Notes under the pieces: generated by a model
Seen by the model: the letters and a program-made list of their open reading frames with translations, nothing else
Databases searched by the model: none
Told to the model about the DNA's origin: nothing
Translations under genes and position numbers: made by a program
Shown here: one piece after another, positions 38,852 to 51,137 of the stretch
How positions within the stretch are numbered: position 1 is the stretch's first letter
Layout: each line of letters starts with the position of its first letter
Assembly (NCBI GenBank): GCA_965206645.1
Contig: CBDBKE010000002.1
Span: forward strand, 224,001 to 288,000
Reading direction: 5' to 3'
DNA: 64,000 bases
From: Terriglobia bacterium
GTDB lineage: Bacteria; Acidobacteriota; Terriglobia; JAJPHL01; JAPKYU01

Positions 38852-41578
38852 CTACTCGACCGGGATGGTGATGGCCTGATCCGGGTTGGCGACAATCCCG
38901 TTCTGCGTGAGGACCAGCGGGACTGCACCGCCCGGCGCTACGCCGGCCGGCACCACCACGTTTACCTGGTAAAGGCCCACGAAGCCCGGCGCCAGCCCCT
39001 GGTAGGCTATCGCGGCGTCTAGCCCTCCGATGGTCACCGTTACTGGCAGTTGCACGGTGCTGAACGAGGGGGCAGGGGCTCCCGTCTCCACCTGCTCCTG
39101 CACGGCACCCAGACCGGTGCAGAAGATCTGTATCGTGTCGCCAGGGCGCACCGGGTTCTGCGCCGTCACCAGCTGGAACGAGGCGTCCAGAATAGCTGCG
39201 TTTTCGCCCGCAATGAAGATGCCCGGCTGTGCAGGTGCAATCAAGTAGTTCTGCGGCGCGGTCAGCAGGCCGCCGACATTGATGGCCACCGGAACGCTAT
39301 CGCCCGTGCTGACCTCAAAGGGCAGCTGCGCATTGATCTGCCCCGGGCTGGCGAAATACAGCGGTGCGTCCTGGCCGCCGACGCGCACGCTGACCCCGGC
39401 CAGTTCCCGCTCCAACGGTAGCTGGGTGGCGAAACTGTTCTCGCTGGCAAAGCTCTGGCCGAAGACAGAAATGATGCCGCCGGGAGACAGCGGCCGTCGC
39501 GGGGTGAAGCCAGCTCCCTCCACCACCCCGTCGGCGAACAACGTCGGCAAACTCACCGCCCCCGGCGCGGCCGCCGTCTCCACCGTGAAGGACCGCTGCG
39601 CTTGGGCGAGGGTGGGATGTAGAGCGGCAAAGGTGACTGTCACCTCGGCCGCCACGCTCACCGGCACCCAGGTGCCGCTGTAGAAGCCGGTGCCCAGCCC
39701 GCGCAACGGGATGTTCAAGCCTTCCACGCCGGCCACCAGCGTGGCGTTGTCCACGCCGCTGCCGCAGTCGTCCACCACCAGCGCTGTCAGCACCCGTGGG
39801 AAGGAAACTGGCAGGCTCAGGCCACTTCCGATGGTCGTGGACAGCAACTGCAGCGCCGATGGAGCACACTGGGCCGCGCGTGGCGGACCCACCACCTGCG
39901 TTCGCAGCGCACTGCCCGGCGGCACTACGATCAGCAACACTTCCACCTCCTGCGGCCCGCCCGAGGAGAAGGTGCCGGTGATGGTGCCCTCGTAGACGTC
40001 GGCCGCCAGACCTGTTGTGTTCACCGAGACCTGCACCGTGAACGGAGCCCCCGACGCTTTCCCGTTCGGTGGACTCACCGTCAGCCAGCCACCGCCAGAC
40101 TCGGTTGAAACCACGAACTCCGCCGTGAGAGTTCCTCCTCCCGCGTTGCTGACCGTCAGTTCCTGCGCCGCCGGCAGAGCGCCGCCCTGCTCGGCTACGA
40201 AGAAGAACCCTTGGGGAGTGAGGTCAGCCTGCGCCGGAGAGGCCGCTGGGACCACGTGCAGGGTTACCGTGACCAGTTGGGGATTGTTGATGGCCCCCGG
40301 TGCCGACACCTCCAGCAACACCTGATTCACCCCGGAGTCCAGGCCGGCCGCATTGGCGGTGAGTGTCGTTGTCGAAGCCTGGGAAGCTCCGGCGCTGGCC
40401 GTTCCTGAACTTGCCGAGACGTTGAGCCATGCGGGCAAGTTCCCCAGAATGGACCAGTTCACGGTTCCTTCTCCGAGGTTAATCACTCGCAGTGTTCGGG
40501 ATATCGAGTCCGCGGATGTGCTCGGGACCGTGAACACAAACACGGACGGGCTGATGAGCAGCTTTCCGCTGGGCGCGCCCAACGCCACCGCCACCGGAAC
40601 CTCAACCGCAGAGCCGCTCCCGGTATCGGTCACGATAATGACCGCCTGGAACAGTCCGGCGGAGGGCAGCGCCTCATAATTGACCTCCGCGGTCAAGGTT
40701 GCCGGCTGCTCCAAGGTAACGATGCCGGACTCGGGAGAAACCGACAGCCAGCCGGATCCACTCAACAGCTTGACCGTCGCGGCCCATTTCACGGGCTCGC
40801 CTTTAGTGCCGATTTGCAACGCCTGGCGATCACCAGTGGCTCCGAGAATCGCGGAAAACCTCAGGGTCCCGGGCACCACGGTCAGCGCAGAAATTCGCAA
40901 CGTAACTGCAACGACAACGGGCGCGGAATCGGCAGAACTGATCGACACCTCCCCGCTGTAGCTCCCCGCTGCTAGACCTGTGATGTCGACCGAAACGGAA
41001 ATCTTGGCGGGAGTGGTTCCAGAGCTAGGAGAAATGAAAAGCCATTTCTCACCGCCGGTTGTGGAAACGGTTGCTGTCCAGCTCACCTCGCCGTCACTGG
41101 AGTCCAATACCAGCAGAGTCTGCGAGGACGGGTTGGCTCCGCCAAACTCGGCGGAAAAAGTTAGCGAGGAAGGCGAAACCTCGAGTGCCGAACCCCCGCT
41201 GACCTCCAGGGTGACCGGAACCACGGTTGGGTTGCCTCCGGATGCGGCGACCGACACCTGCCCCGTGTAGCTCCCTGCCGCCAGCCCCGTGATGTCGACC
41301 AAAACGGAGGGCTTGGTGGGTGTGGTGCCAGAGCTAGGGGAAATGGAAAGCCACCTCCCGGCGTCGGTGGTGGAAACCGTCCCCGTCCAGCCCACCGCGC
41401 CGCCTCTGGGGTCCTCTATCAACAGCGTTTGGGATGCCGGGTTAGCCCCGCCAGCCTCCGCGGAAAACGTTAGCGACGAGGGAGTAACGTCAAGTTGGGC
41501 TTGAACCGGTCCGCTGGCCAGCAGACAAAATGCCAGAGCGAGCAGGATGACCCGTGTCGGGCTTTCCCTCACGTTCAC
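38852..41578 (-). CDS. Large exported protein with tandem BACON-like Ig repeats and an acidobacterial (TIGR03437-like) C-terminal domain
   Basis: AAGGAG RBS with GTG start; signal peptide; repeated PSSLTFSA...WLSISPSSGTTP units; GQINAQLP and GLAPGFVGLYQVNV. Confidence 0.88.
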   Translation of the reverse strand: MNVRESPTRVILLALAFCLLASGPVQAQLDVTPSSLTFSAEAGGANPASQTLLIEDPRGGAVGWTGTVSTTDAGRWLSISPSSGTTPTKPSVLVDITGLAAGSYTGQVSVAASGGNPTVVPVTLEVSGGSALEVSPSSLTFSAEFGGANPSSQTLLVLDSSDGEVSWTATVSTTGGEKWLFISPSSGTTPAKISVSVDITGLAAGSYSGEVSISSADSAPVVVAVTLRISALTVVPGTLRFSAILGATGDRQALQIGTKGEPVKWAATVKLLSGSGWLSVSPESGIVTLEQPATLTAEVNYEALPSAGLFQAVIIVTDTGSGSAVEVPVAVALGAPSGKLLISPSVFVFTVPSTSADSISRTLRVINLGEGTVNWSILGNLPAWLNVSASSGTASAGASQASTTTLTANAAGLDSGVNQVLLEVSAPGAINNPQLVTVTLHVVPAASPAQADLTPQGFFFVAEQGGALPAAQELTVSNAGGGTLTAEFVVSTESGGGWLTVSPPNGKASGAPFTVQVSVNTTGLAADVYEGTITGTFSSGGPQEVEVLLIVVPPGSALRTQVVGPPRAAQCAPSALQLLSTTIGSGLSLPVSFPRVLTALVVDDCGSGVDNATLVAGVEGLNIPLRGLGTGFYSGTWVPVSVAAEVTVTFAALHPTLAQAQRSFTVETAAAPGAVSLPTLFADGVVEGAGFTPRRPLSPGGIISVFGQSFASENSFATQLPLERELAGVSVRVGGQDAPLYFASPGQINAQLPFEVSTGDSVPVAINVGGLLTAPQNYLIAPAQPGIFIAGENAAILDASFQLVTAQNPVRPGDTIQIFCTGLGAVQEQVETGAPAPSFSTVQLPVTVTIGGLDAAIAYQGLAPGFVGLYQVNVVVPAGVAPGGAVPLVLTQNGIVANPDQAITIPVE

Positions 41579-44269
41579 GCAACTCTCCTTACGGGGGGAG
41601 ACAACACGTCCCGGTGGCTCGGGATGAAGTGCGCTTGCGAAAACGGCGCAATGAACACAAACAGATACTTCTTCGCTTTTACGCCTTACGCAGCGGTAAG
41701 TCAAGGCTTTTGAATAGCTCAGAGCAGGCTTGGCGCGTTTCCCTCCCCCACAGGAGGCAGCCACAAACGATCACGCCTCCCCAGCACCGCCTGAGGTAAC
41801 GGGTCACTTCCCCGGCAGCGCCAGCAGCTTGCTGCTGGCGCCTTCGGTGTGGGCCGTCTCCAAGGCCGTCTCTACACGGTTGATGAGTTCGGTGACGATA
41901 TCAGGCGGCTCGATCCCGCCGCGCAGGACTGCCTCGGCAACGCCCACCGTGACCGGCAGGCCCGCTCGCTCCCCGATCCGGATGCTGGCCACCATCCTCC
42001 GGACTCGTTCCACGGCAGGGAGCGCGTCCTTGCCGTTGGTGCCGTTCAACACCATGGCCAGCGTGGTGGCGTCATAGCGGATGCCAACGTCATTCTGCCG
42101 GAGGTGGCCCGCCAGACCCTGAGCAGCCTCCCGCATGTACTCCTGCAGGTAGCTTTCCCCCAACTCTCGGACCGCTTGCGGGCCTTTGCCAAACTGCAGT
42201 AAGGCGACCGACATTGGCGTCTTCTGTCGTTGTGCGCTGGCGGTTTCCGATAGCAGGTAGTCCACATACGAGCTGCGGGCAAGCAGCCCCGAGGACTCAT
42301 CCGCTACCACCTTCATCAGGCTGCGCAACCTGACGTTAGAAATGGCCATCGCCATCTGGTCCACGACCGTCTTCAGGGCCACCACCTGCTGGGAATCCCA
42401 GCGGCGCAGCCGGTCGCACTGCTCAAGCACTACCACACCACTGTGTTTCTCTCCCTCCACCAGCGGCAAAGCCAGCAATGACTGGATGCCTAGCGACTGA
42501 ACGGCCTGGGCGACTCGGGAGAGCTCTGCCGCGCCTTTCGCGTCTTCGACGACGAGCGGGTCCCCACCCACAGTGAGCTGCACGAGCGTGCTCACCAGCG
42601 GTACCGCCGCGGCGCCCGCGGATTGCTGAATCCCCTCCGCCAGGTATTCCTGCATTGCCGTAGGCGGCCTCCCCGGCGCGCCCAGGGTCACCACGCACCG
42701 GCTGACCTGCCAGGACTTGCCGATTTCGCCCACTCCGGTGGAAAGTACACTTTGGACCGTGCTCTGCCGGTAGATGCTGCGAACGATGGCCGAGATGCGG
42801 GTCATGTCCACAGCAGCTTCTTCGGGAGCCGCTGCTTTGGAAGCAGCAGCCGCCGGTGGGGCCGCCAGGCCGGCCTCGACCAACAGCGAGCGGAGCTTCT
42901 CGTTCCGGCTGTCCTCGCCGGGAAACGACTGCGTGATCTGCTGTAAGTACTGGATCGCCTCGTCCTTCTGCCCGAACTGAAGGAAAAGCTCGACCTGCAA
43001 GATCATCTCTTCCAGCGAGCCGGCCGGCGCTATCCCCTCCGCCGGGGGAGCGCCTGCTTCCGGCGGAATCCCGAGCGCGTCCATCCAGGTGTCGGGACCA
43101 GCAGCAGTGCTGGGCGCGGAGCGGAGGCGGGCGGCAAGGGCCTGATAGGTCTGCTCGTCCACGTGCTCTTGCAGCCGTTCCAGGCGTGGCTGATCCTCCG
43201 CAGGGTTGGAGCGAGCGGCGGTCAAGCTCTCGAAAGCGCGAGTAGCCTTCACGTACTCACCTGCGTTCATAGCGAGGTCGAACAGGCGCGACAGAGTCTC
43301 GTTGCACTTGGCGCCCTGGTTCAACTCCTGGTACGTGGATGCCAGAAATTCCAGCAGCTCGAAGTTGTTCGAATTCTGTTGTTCTAATCCTTCCACCCAG
43401 CCGAGGAACTCCTCGTCTTTGTTCGTCGAGAACATGGCCTGCTTCAGCCTTTGCAACACACGGAACGCGGCCTCTCGATCGTCGGAACCCAAGTAGCTCT
43501 CGAATACCTGAAACAGCTGTGTGTAGGCCTCGGGCGAACGGGGAGTCAGATCCCACAGCAGTGTCTCGGCCTGGTCGAATTTCTCGTCGGCGAGATAGGC
43601 CTGGACCAGCAGCTGGTTCCGTTCGGCGGTCGCCGGGGACGGCAACGATTCCAGCACCTCGACGGCACGGGATGGATTGTCGGAGTCAACAAGCGCGGTG
43701 GCCAGTGGGATCGCTATCCGGGGTTCGCCCGGGACCAAGGAGTAGGCGTGTTCTAAGAGGGACACGGACTGATCCCTGAAACGACCGCCGGAATCACGGG
43801 CGCCCAGCGCTTCACTTGCACGGATAAAAGCCTGCGCGGCTTCCTCCTTTTGCCCAATGCCTTCTGCCAGTTCGCCCAACCGGATCTGCTCCGAGGGGTT
43901 GCCGGAGTCCAGCGCGGCCAGCCGACGGAGCGCTTTCAGCGCCTGGCCCTGGTCGCCACTCTCTAAGAACTTTTCCACGCACGCCCGATAGAGCTCGAGC
44001 GCCTCGGTCGGCTTCTGCTTCTCTTGAAACTCGGCGCAGGTCAGCGTTCGGGCCGGGTCCTGCGCGCCCAGCCTGCTCATCTTGCGATACATCAGGACGG
44101 TTCCTGAGCTGTCGTTCTGTTCCACCCGTTTGTCGAACAGATAGCCGTAGCAGTCCAAGGCCTTCTGAGTCTCATTCTGCCTTAGATACATGTCTGCAAT
44201 CATCTCGACCAGGTTGTCGTTGGCGGGATCTTCGCGGTAGGCGTGCTTGTATTCTTCCAGGGCGTCGGC

Positions 44270-45291
44270 GAGGGTGTCCTGAACTCAGTTGAAAGTTCGT
44301 AGCGGCGGTTCGGAGCCATCCGACTACGCCACCTCCCGTCGAGTGGCCGACTTTGATCCTTCGAGGATCGCTTTCAACATCCACAGGTCCTGGTACCCCA
44401 TCAGGCGGCGGAAGTTTTTCTCCGTGGCCAGGAAGCTGGAGGCGACCCAGCGCTGGACCATGGCCGCATCCCGCCAGCGGCACACCCGGCGAGTTCGCAA
44501 CCTCACTCCCGCCTGCGGACTCTCGATGAGATTGGTGGTGGCCAGACAGCGATGTAGCGAAGCCGGAAGCCCCAGCCGGTTGATGGTGAAACATTCCTCC
44601 AGACCCTCCCGTAAGCTGGCCGCCGCGGCCGGACAATCTCGCTCCAACCATTGGGCCAACTTCTCCAGCTTGGCCCTGCCGGTCTTCGGATCCAACCGCC
44701 AGGCGGCCCGCATCGCCGCCCGCACCTGGTCCCGCTCTGGCTCCGGCAACACCCGCTGGTACTGCCGGGTCGAGACGCCCCGCAGCAAGATATCCAACAT
44801 CCGGGCCCCCAGACCCTCGCCCTCCTGCATGGCTTCGTAGGCCGGGAGGGGAACTTCTTTCCCCGCTCCCCGGCCTGGCCGCCGGAGCCGTGGCCTGTGC
44901 ACGGCCAGCTTTCTCTCCTTCAGGCGCACCCGTCCCCGCTGGCGCCCATACCAGCCCACCCCACGGCGCCGCCGGCCCTGACGGCGTGGACCGGCCACCT
45001 GCGCGGCCGACAACTCCAGCACCGCTTCAATCGCCGCCCTACCCACCACGTCGATCAGCTCGTCGACGGCTAACCGCGATTGTTCGATCAACTCCACCCA
45101 GGGCAGCAGAAACTGCCCGTGGCGAGCCAGGTAGGCAGCCAGTTTGCGGGAGCTTCGGCTATCGCTCCGGCCTAGGATGTGGTAGCTTCTCTGCACGGCG
45201 GTTCCCCTTTCCAGAAAGTTTCCCAACCCGATTCTACGGAACCAGGTCAGCGAACCGCCGCTCAACTTTCAACTAAAGGTGAGACACTCTC
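44270..45291 (-). mobile_element. IS256-family element, 1022 bp, internally deleted
   Basis: Terminal inverted repeats GAGGGTGTCC...AGTTGAAAGTT and GAGAGTGTCT...AGTTGAAAGTT; 8-bp direct repeat GCGTCGGC at 44262-44269 and 45292-45299. Confidence 0.95.
44324..45196 (-). pseudogene. IS256 transposase with an in-frame deletion of the catalytic core
   Basis: GVSTRQY is followed almost directly by QVRAAMRAAW...TTNLIES; the IDG and QRC..H segments are absent (290 aa). Confidence 0.85.
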
Positions 45292-45432
45292 GCGTCGGCG
45301 TACTTACCTCTCTCCATGTACTTCTGGGCTTTTGCCAAACGCTTGCTAATATCAGGCATGGTCCCCGCGAGAAACAGGCTCAGTGGGTGCGAACGATTCT
45401 AATGAAAACACCCGGAAATCACAACCGCGCCC

Positions 45433-45492
45433 GTTCCGGAAATTCCCATACCAGTTTCGGAATTCCCCATACCTGTTTCGGAACTTCCCATA
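45433..45492. repeat. 21-bp tandem repeat, 3 copies, in a divergent promoter region
   Basis: GTTCCGGAAATTCCCATACCA / GTTTCGGAATTCCCCATACCT / GTTTCGGAACTTCCCATA. Confidence 0.8.
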
Positions 45493-45660
45493 AAGGAGGC
45501 CCGGGAGCGGCACGGATCGCTGCTGCTCACGGGGCTCCTCACTTGCGGGCGGCGCAAACCCTGTCGGATATAATTAGGGGCCGGCGGGTTTGGACAGAGC
45601 AGCGGGACGGCTGGCCCAATTCCCAAGCCCGGCCTGCTGAGCGAAGCGACAACGCCCTCT

Positions 45661-47652
<1,992 letters not shown>

Positions 47653-47937
47653 CTGCGGGTGCGTGGAGGAACAGGGAGCCAACGCGAGCCGCCAAAAAAT
47701 ACTACAGCCAACCAGGTCCTCCGACTCCCCCCGGAACGGCGGCCTGATTGGCTGTTGCCAGCTAAATTTAACTTAGCGATACAGTAGATGCGCTCCCCTG
47801 AAACGGCAATAGCCCGATGGTCCCGTTTTGCATTGGTACTCCAGTACTACGAGTCCTGCCGGCTCTCCAGCAGGATGCTAGAAAACTTCCTCGCGTGTCA
47901 GCATCTTGCCGGGAATGGTGCTATATTTAGGAGGCGG

Positions 47938-48162
47938 ATGCCTATTTACGAATTCTCGTGCCCGGACTGCGGAGAGAAGTTTGAGAAGTTGGTGTTGCGG
48001 CACGACGGCGATCTGACTGTGCCCTGCCCGCAGTGCGATAGCACCACGACCCAGCAGGTTTTCTCCACCTTCGCGGTGGCCAGCAGCACCTGCCGGTCGG
48101 AGGCGGCCGGATTGGGAAGTTGTGGAGCTTCCCCCGGTGGGCGCTTCACGTGAGTTCGCTAG
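47938..48162 (+). CDS. FmdB-family zinc-ribbon protein, probable selenoprotein ending ...GGRFT-U-VR
   Basis: AGGAGG RBS; MPIYEFSCPDC...CPQC. TGA at 48151-48153 is followed by GTT CGC TAG and a SECIS-like hairpin. Confidence 0.8.
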
Positions 48163-48167
48163 TCACA

Positions 48168-48186
48168 CTCCCGCCGGTGGCGGGAG
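48168..48186 (+). promoter_or_regulatory. Bacterial SECIS-like hairpin
   Basis: CTCCCGCC-GGT-GGCGGGAG; GGT at +23 to +25 after the UGA, same offset as in the HMA gene; no U tract. Confidence 0.7.
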
Positions 48187-48298
48187 GCAGCGTCGGTGCA
48201 GGCTGCCTTGCCAAGCAGGGACCCCTTAAAGAACACCTTGTCGTAATCCAGCAGCGTGTACTTGAGCAGCGTGGCTCTGTCGCCCGTAGCGGTTCGCC

Positions 48299-49015
48299 TC
48301 ACGCAGTTTTCTCAAGCAGCTGAGCAGCGAAGCGCGGTGCCGCGCCGCCGGCTTCGTGTTTGAAATAGACGTAGACGTCGCAACCCTGCGCTTGCAGCGC
48401 CTCAAACCTCTCGCGCCAGGCACGTAGCTCAGACGAGCTGTAGTCGGTCTTACGCAGCCGGAAGTAGGCAAAGGGCGCAGTCCTTTGGTCCGGAGTCGAG
48501 CGCTCGTCGGTCTCGGCTACACACAGCGCCACTCCGCGCTCCTCGAGCAGTTGCAGAGTGGCGTCATCAAACCACGTCGGATGGCGGAACTCCATGGCCC
48601 AGCGCAGCACTGGTCGCGCCGGCAGCGCCGTCAAAAAGTCCTTCAGCACAGCTGGATCGGCGCGAAACTGTGGTGGTAGTTGCAGCAACAGGGGGCCCAG
48701 ACGTCCCGCGGCCGCCAGCGGCGTCGCTCCCGTTAAGAACGCTTCCATGACGGTTTCGGTGTTGCGCAGGCGCAGCACGTGGGTAATCTTCTGATTCGCC
48801 TTCATCGCGAACAAAAAACCATCCGGCGTTTGCGGCACCCATCCTTCCAGGGTTCTGGCGCTTGGCAGCCGGTAGAAGGTGTAATTGATTTCGACAGTGG
48901 ACAGGCGCTGGCTGTAATACCCGAGCATCTGTTTGTCGGGGAGCTTTTCAGGGTAGAAACTTCCCCGCCACTCTTTGTAAGAGTAGCCGGAAGTGCCGAC
49001 GCGCAAGACAGCCAT
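48299..49015 (-). CDS. DUF72 (YecE-like) protein
   Basis: VGTSGYSY.EW, VEINYTFYRLP, LLQLPP and EFRH motifs. Confidence 0.93.
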   Translation of the reverse strand: MAVLRVGTSGYSYKEWRGSFYPEKLPDKQMLGYYSQRLSTVEINYTFYRLPSARTLEGWVPQTPDGFLFAMKANQKITHVLRLRNTETVMEAFLTGATPLAAAGRLGPLLLQLPPQFRADPAVLKDFLTALPARPVLRWAMEFRHPTWFDDATLQLLEERGVALCVAETDERSTPDQRTAPFAYFRLRKTDYSSSELRAWRERFEALQAQGCDVYVYFKHEAGGAAPRFAAQLLEKTA

Positions 49016-49057
49016 AGCTTCTCTCGCGGAAGATTACCACGTCCGAGGCGCATACAA

Positions 49058-49135
49058 GGAAGTCCGCAGATTGCGCAGACCATGGACGTTGCTGGTAGTC
49101 TTTGGTGCTGAGATTCTGCGTAATCTGCGGATTCC
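49058..49135. repeat. Intergenic palindromic repeat, family A
   Basis: TCCGCAGATTGCGCAGA...TCTGCGTAATCTGCGGA. Confidence 0.75.
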
Positions 49136-49154
49136 TGCTTCTTCCAACCGCACG

Positions 49155-49868
49155 CTACGTTTTCAGGCGCAGTTTCCAGCGGAGCTGGGCCACCATCCCG
49201 CGCAACGTGGTCAGGTCACGGTCACCCAGATTGAGCCGCAGCAGCAGGCGGCGGAGCTTCTGAGTGTCACTGAGACGCGCCGTGGAGGGATAAAAGCCAA
49301 CCGCTCGCAGGACCTCCTCCAACTCCCTGCGAAACTGCTCCACCTGTCCCACCGCCGCTCGTTCTCTAGTTCGCCGGGCCTGCGCGGATGCCGGCGCCCG
49401 GCTCAGTTCATAGCAGCAGACTGCCACCGCCTGGCCGAGGTTCATCGAACGAGACGCGGCCGCGGTGGGAATCTGCACTAAGAGGTGGCAGAAGCTGAGG
49501 TGTTCGTTGGTCAGGCCAGTTTTTTCAGGTCCGAACAGCAGTGCCGCTTTGGCAGCAGCGGCGGCGCGGGCCGGCAGCGCCGGCAGGGGCAGCAGATCGC
49601 TGTCGAGCTTGCGCCGGCTACCCGAAGTGGTGCCGACCACCAGGCTGCGGTCTGCCACTGCCTCGGCCAGCGTGGCTACAGCGCGCGCGGAAGCCAGAAG
49701 CGCTCTCGCTCCGACAGCCGAGCGGGCTTCCTGCCACACCGGCTCGTAGGGCTCCACCAAAACCAGGTCGGGGAAGCCGAAGTTGGCCATGGCACGCGCT
49801 GCCGCGCCAATGTTGAGCGGATTGCGCGGCCGCACCAGCACGATGCGCCAATCATCAAATGAACTCAT
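49155..49868 (-). CDS. trmJ: TrmJ/LasT family SPOUT RNA methyltransferase
   Basis: NIGAAARAMANFG, LFGPEKTGLTNE and SMNLGQAV motifs. Confidence 0.88.
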   Translation of the reverse strand: MSSFDDWRIVLVRPRNPLNIGAAARAMANFGFPDLVLVEPYEPVWQEARSAVGARALLASARAVATLAEAVADRSLVVGTTSGSRRKLDSDLLPLPALPARAAAAAKAALLFGPEKTGLTNEHLSFCHLLVQIPTAAASRSMNLGQAVAVCCYELSRAPASAQARRTRERAAVGQVEQFRRELEEVLRAVGFYPSTARLSDTQKLRRLLLRLNLGDRDLTTLRGMVAQLRWKLRLKT

Positions 49869-49971
49869 ACAAGCAGCCCTGTTGAGCCAACTGCCGGAGG
49901 GCACCGCCCCAACCGGGTTACACTATTCTGACACGGCTAAGCAGTGGGCAACCTGTAGAGGGACCAGAAGC

Positions 49972-50574
49972 ATGCCAGTCGAGTCCTCCGCCAAGCAGAC
50001 GGCCACGGCAGATTGCTCCGGTGGTCTATACCAGCGACTGCTGGGGGCCGCCTGGAATGAGCTGGCGGCGCCTGTGCGCAGGTTGCACTCCGCCCAAGGC
50101 AGCATAGAGCGAGTAGGTCTGTTCCGCGTGCGCCGGAGTGAAAGGCGGCTGGCGCGATTTCTGGCATGGCTGGGGAGGCTGCCCGCTGCGGGTGAAGCTG
50201 TCTCCACTCGCCTAGAGATCACCACCGACTCGGAGAGGGAAACCTGGCGCCGGAGTTTTGCCGGCACACCGGTCGTCACTCGCCAGCGTGAAAACCCCCC
50301 GGGTGTACTGGCTGAGCGCTTCGGCCTCCTGGAGTTCCGGTTCAGGCTCTGCGTCATTAATCACGCGCTTTGTTTCCACCAGGTCGGGGTTGTCCTTTGT
50401 CTCGGCCACCTGGTCGTGCCATTGCCTCGCTGGCTCGTTCCGCAGGTGGGTGCCCGCTCCTGGGCGGAAGCGAACTCGGCGACCGTGCGGGTCGCCGTGC
50501 GTGTCGACTTCCCTCTGGCTGGCCTGCTGGTCGCCTACGAAGGCTCTATGGAAAGTGAGGAGTTGAAGCCATGA
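49972..50574 (+). CDS. DUF4166-like protein
   Basis: LYQRLLGAAW..LA..VRRLH, ETWRRSF, ERFG and YEG motifs; start uncertain. Confidence 0.75.
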   Translation: MPVESSAKQTATADCSGGLYQRLLGAAWNELAAPVRRLHSAQGSIERVGLFRVRRSERRLARFLAWLGRLPAAGEAVSTRLEITTDSERETWRRSFAGTPVVTRQRENPPGVLAERFGLLEFRFRLCVINHALCFHQVGVVLCLGHLVVPLPRWLVPQVGARSWAEANSATVRVAVRVDFPLAGLLVAYEGSMESEELKP

Positions 50575-51137
50575 CCACCGTCTTGTGGTTGCTCGCTTCC
50601 CAGGGGCTGCTGGGCACTTTCGACACGCTGTACTACCACGAGTGGCGCGCCCGACTTCCTGCCCTGGGACCCCAGGCGCGCGCCGAATTGAGGCTGCACG
50701 CCGCACGCGACTTTATTTATGCCACGCTGTTCGCCACCCTCCCCTGGGTTGCCTGGAACGGGTTGTGGGCCGGGGCGCTGGCCGTGTTGCTGGCCACCGA
50801 GATTGCACTGACGCTCAAGGACTTTGTTGTGGAGGACTGGGTCCGCAAATCACTCGGCGGACTCTACCCTGGTGAGCGCGTCACCCACGGAATCATGGGC
50901 ATCATTTATGGAGCCATGCTGGCCCACTTGCTGCCTCATCTGGCCCGTTGGTGGGCTGCACCCACCGGGTTCGCCGGCCATGCTTTCCTCGTCCCGGGCC
51001 CTTTGTAGTGGATGCTTCTTGTGATGGCCGTGGGCGTGTTCGGTTCCGGAGTGCGCGACCTAGCCGCAGCTTTCGGGCTGCCTTACAGCAATTGGCCCTG
51101 GGAGCGGCAGGGAAAGGACGCGAGGGCCCAGCCATGA
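50571..51137 (+). pseudogene. Membrane protein with an internal TAG at 51006-51008
   Basis: FDTLYYHEWRARLP and PGERVTH. The frame continues past the TAG (WMLLVMAVGVFGSGVRDLAAAFGLP...WPW) to a TGA overlapping the next ATG. Confidence 0.7.

Larger units (their letters stand above)
41804..45359 (-). pseudogene. TPR-GAF-degenerate GGDEF protein (841 aa if intact), interrupted by IS256 after about codon 22
   Basis: Removing the IS and one target copy gives an in-frame MPDISKRLAKAQKYMERGKYADALEEYKHAYREDPANDNLVEMIADMY... The GGDEF position reads RYDATTL. Confidence 0.9.

Noticed and set aside
47704-47777. Hairpin ACAGCCAACCAGG...CCTGATTGGCTGT and palindrome GCTAAATTTAACTTAGC after uvrB as an ncRNA
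   Set aside because: Single copy with no recognisable family; could be a terminator-like or chance structure.
48168-48186. Hairpin as an intrinsic terminator of the FmdB gene
   Set aside because: No U tract follows, and the loop sequence and offset from TGA match the other SECIS-like element.
51006-51008. Pyrrolysine recoding of the in-frame TAG
   Set aside because: No pyl genes are visible, the position is not obviously catalytic, and the neighbouring gene is also broken; nonsense mutation is simpler.
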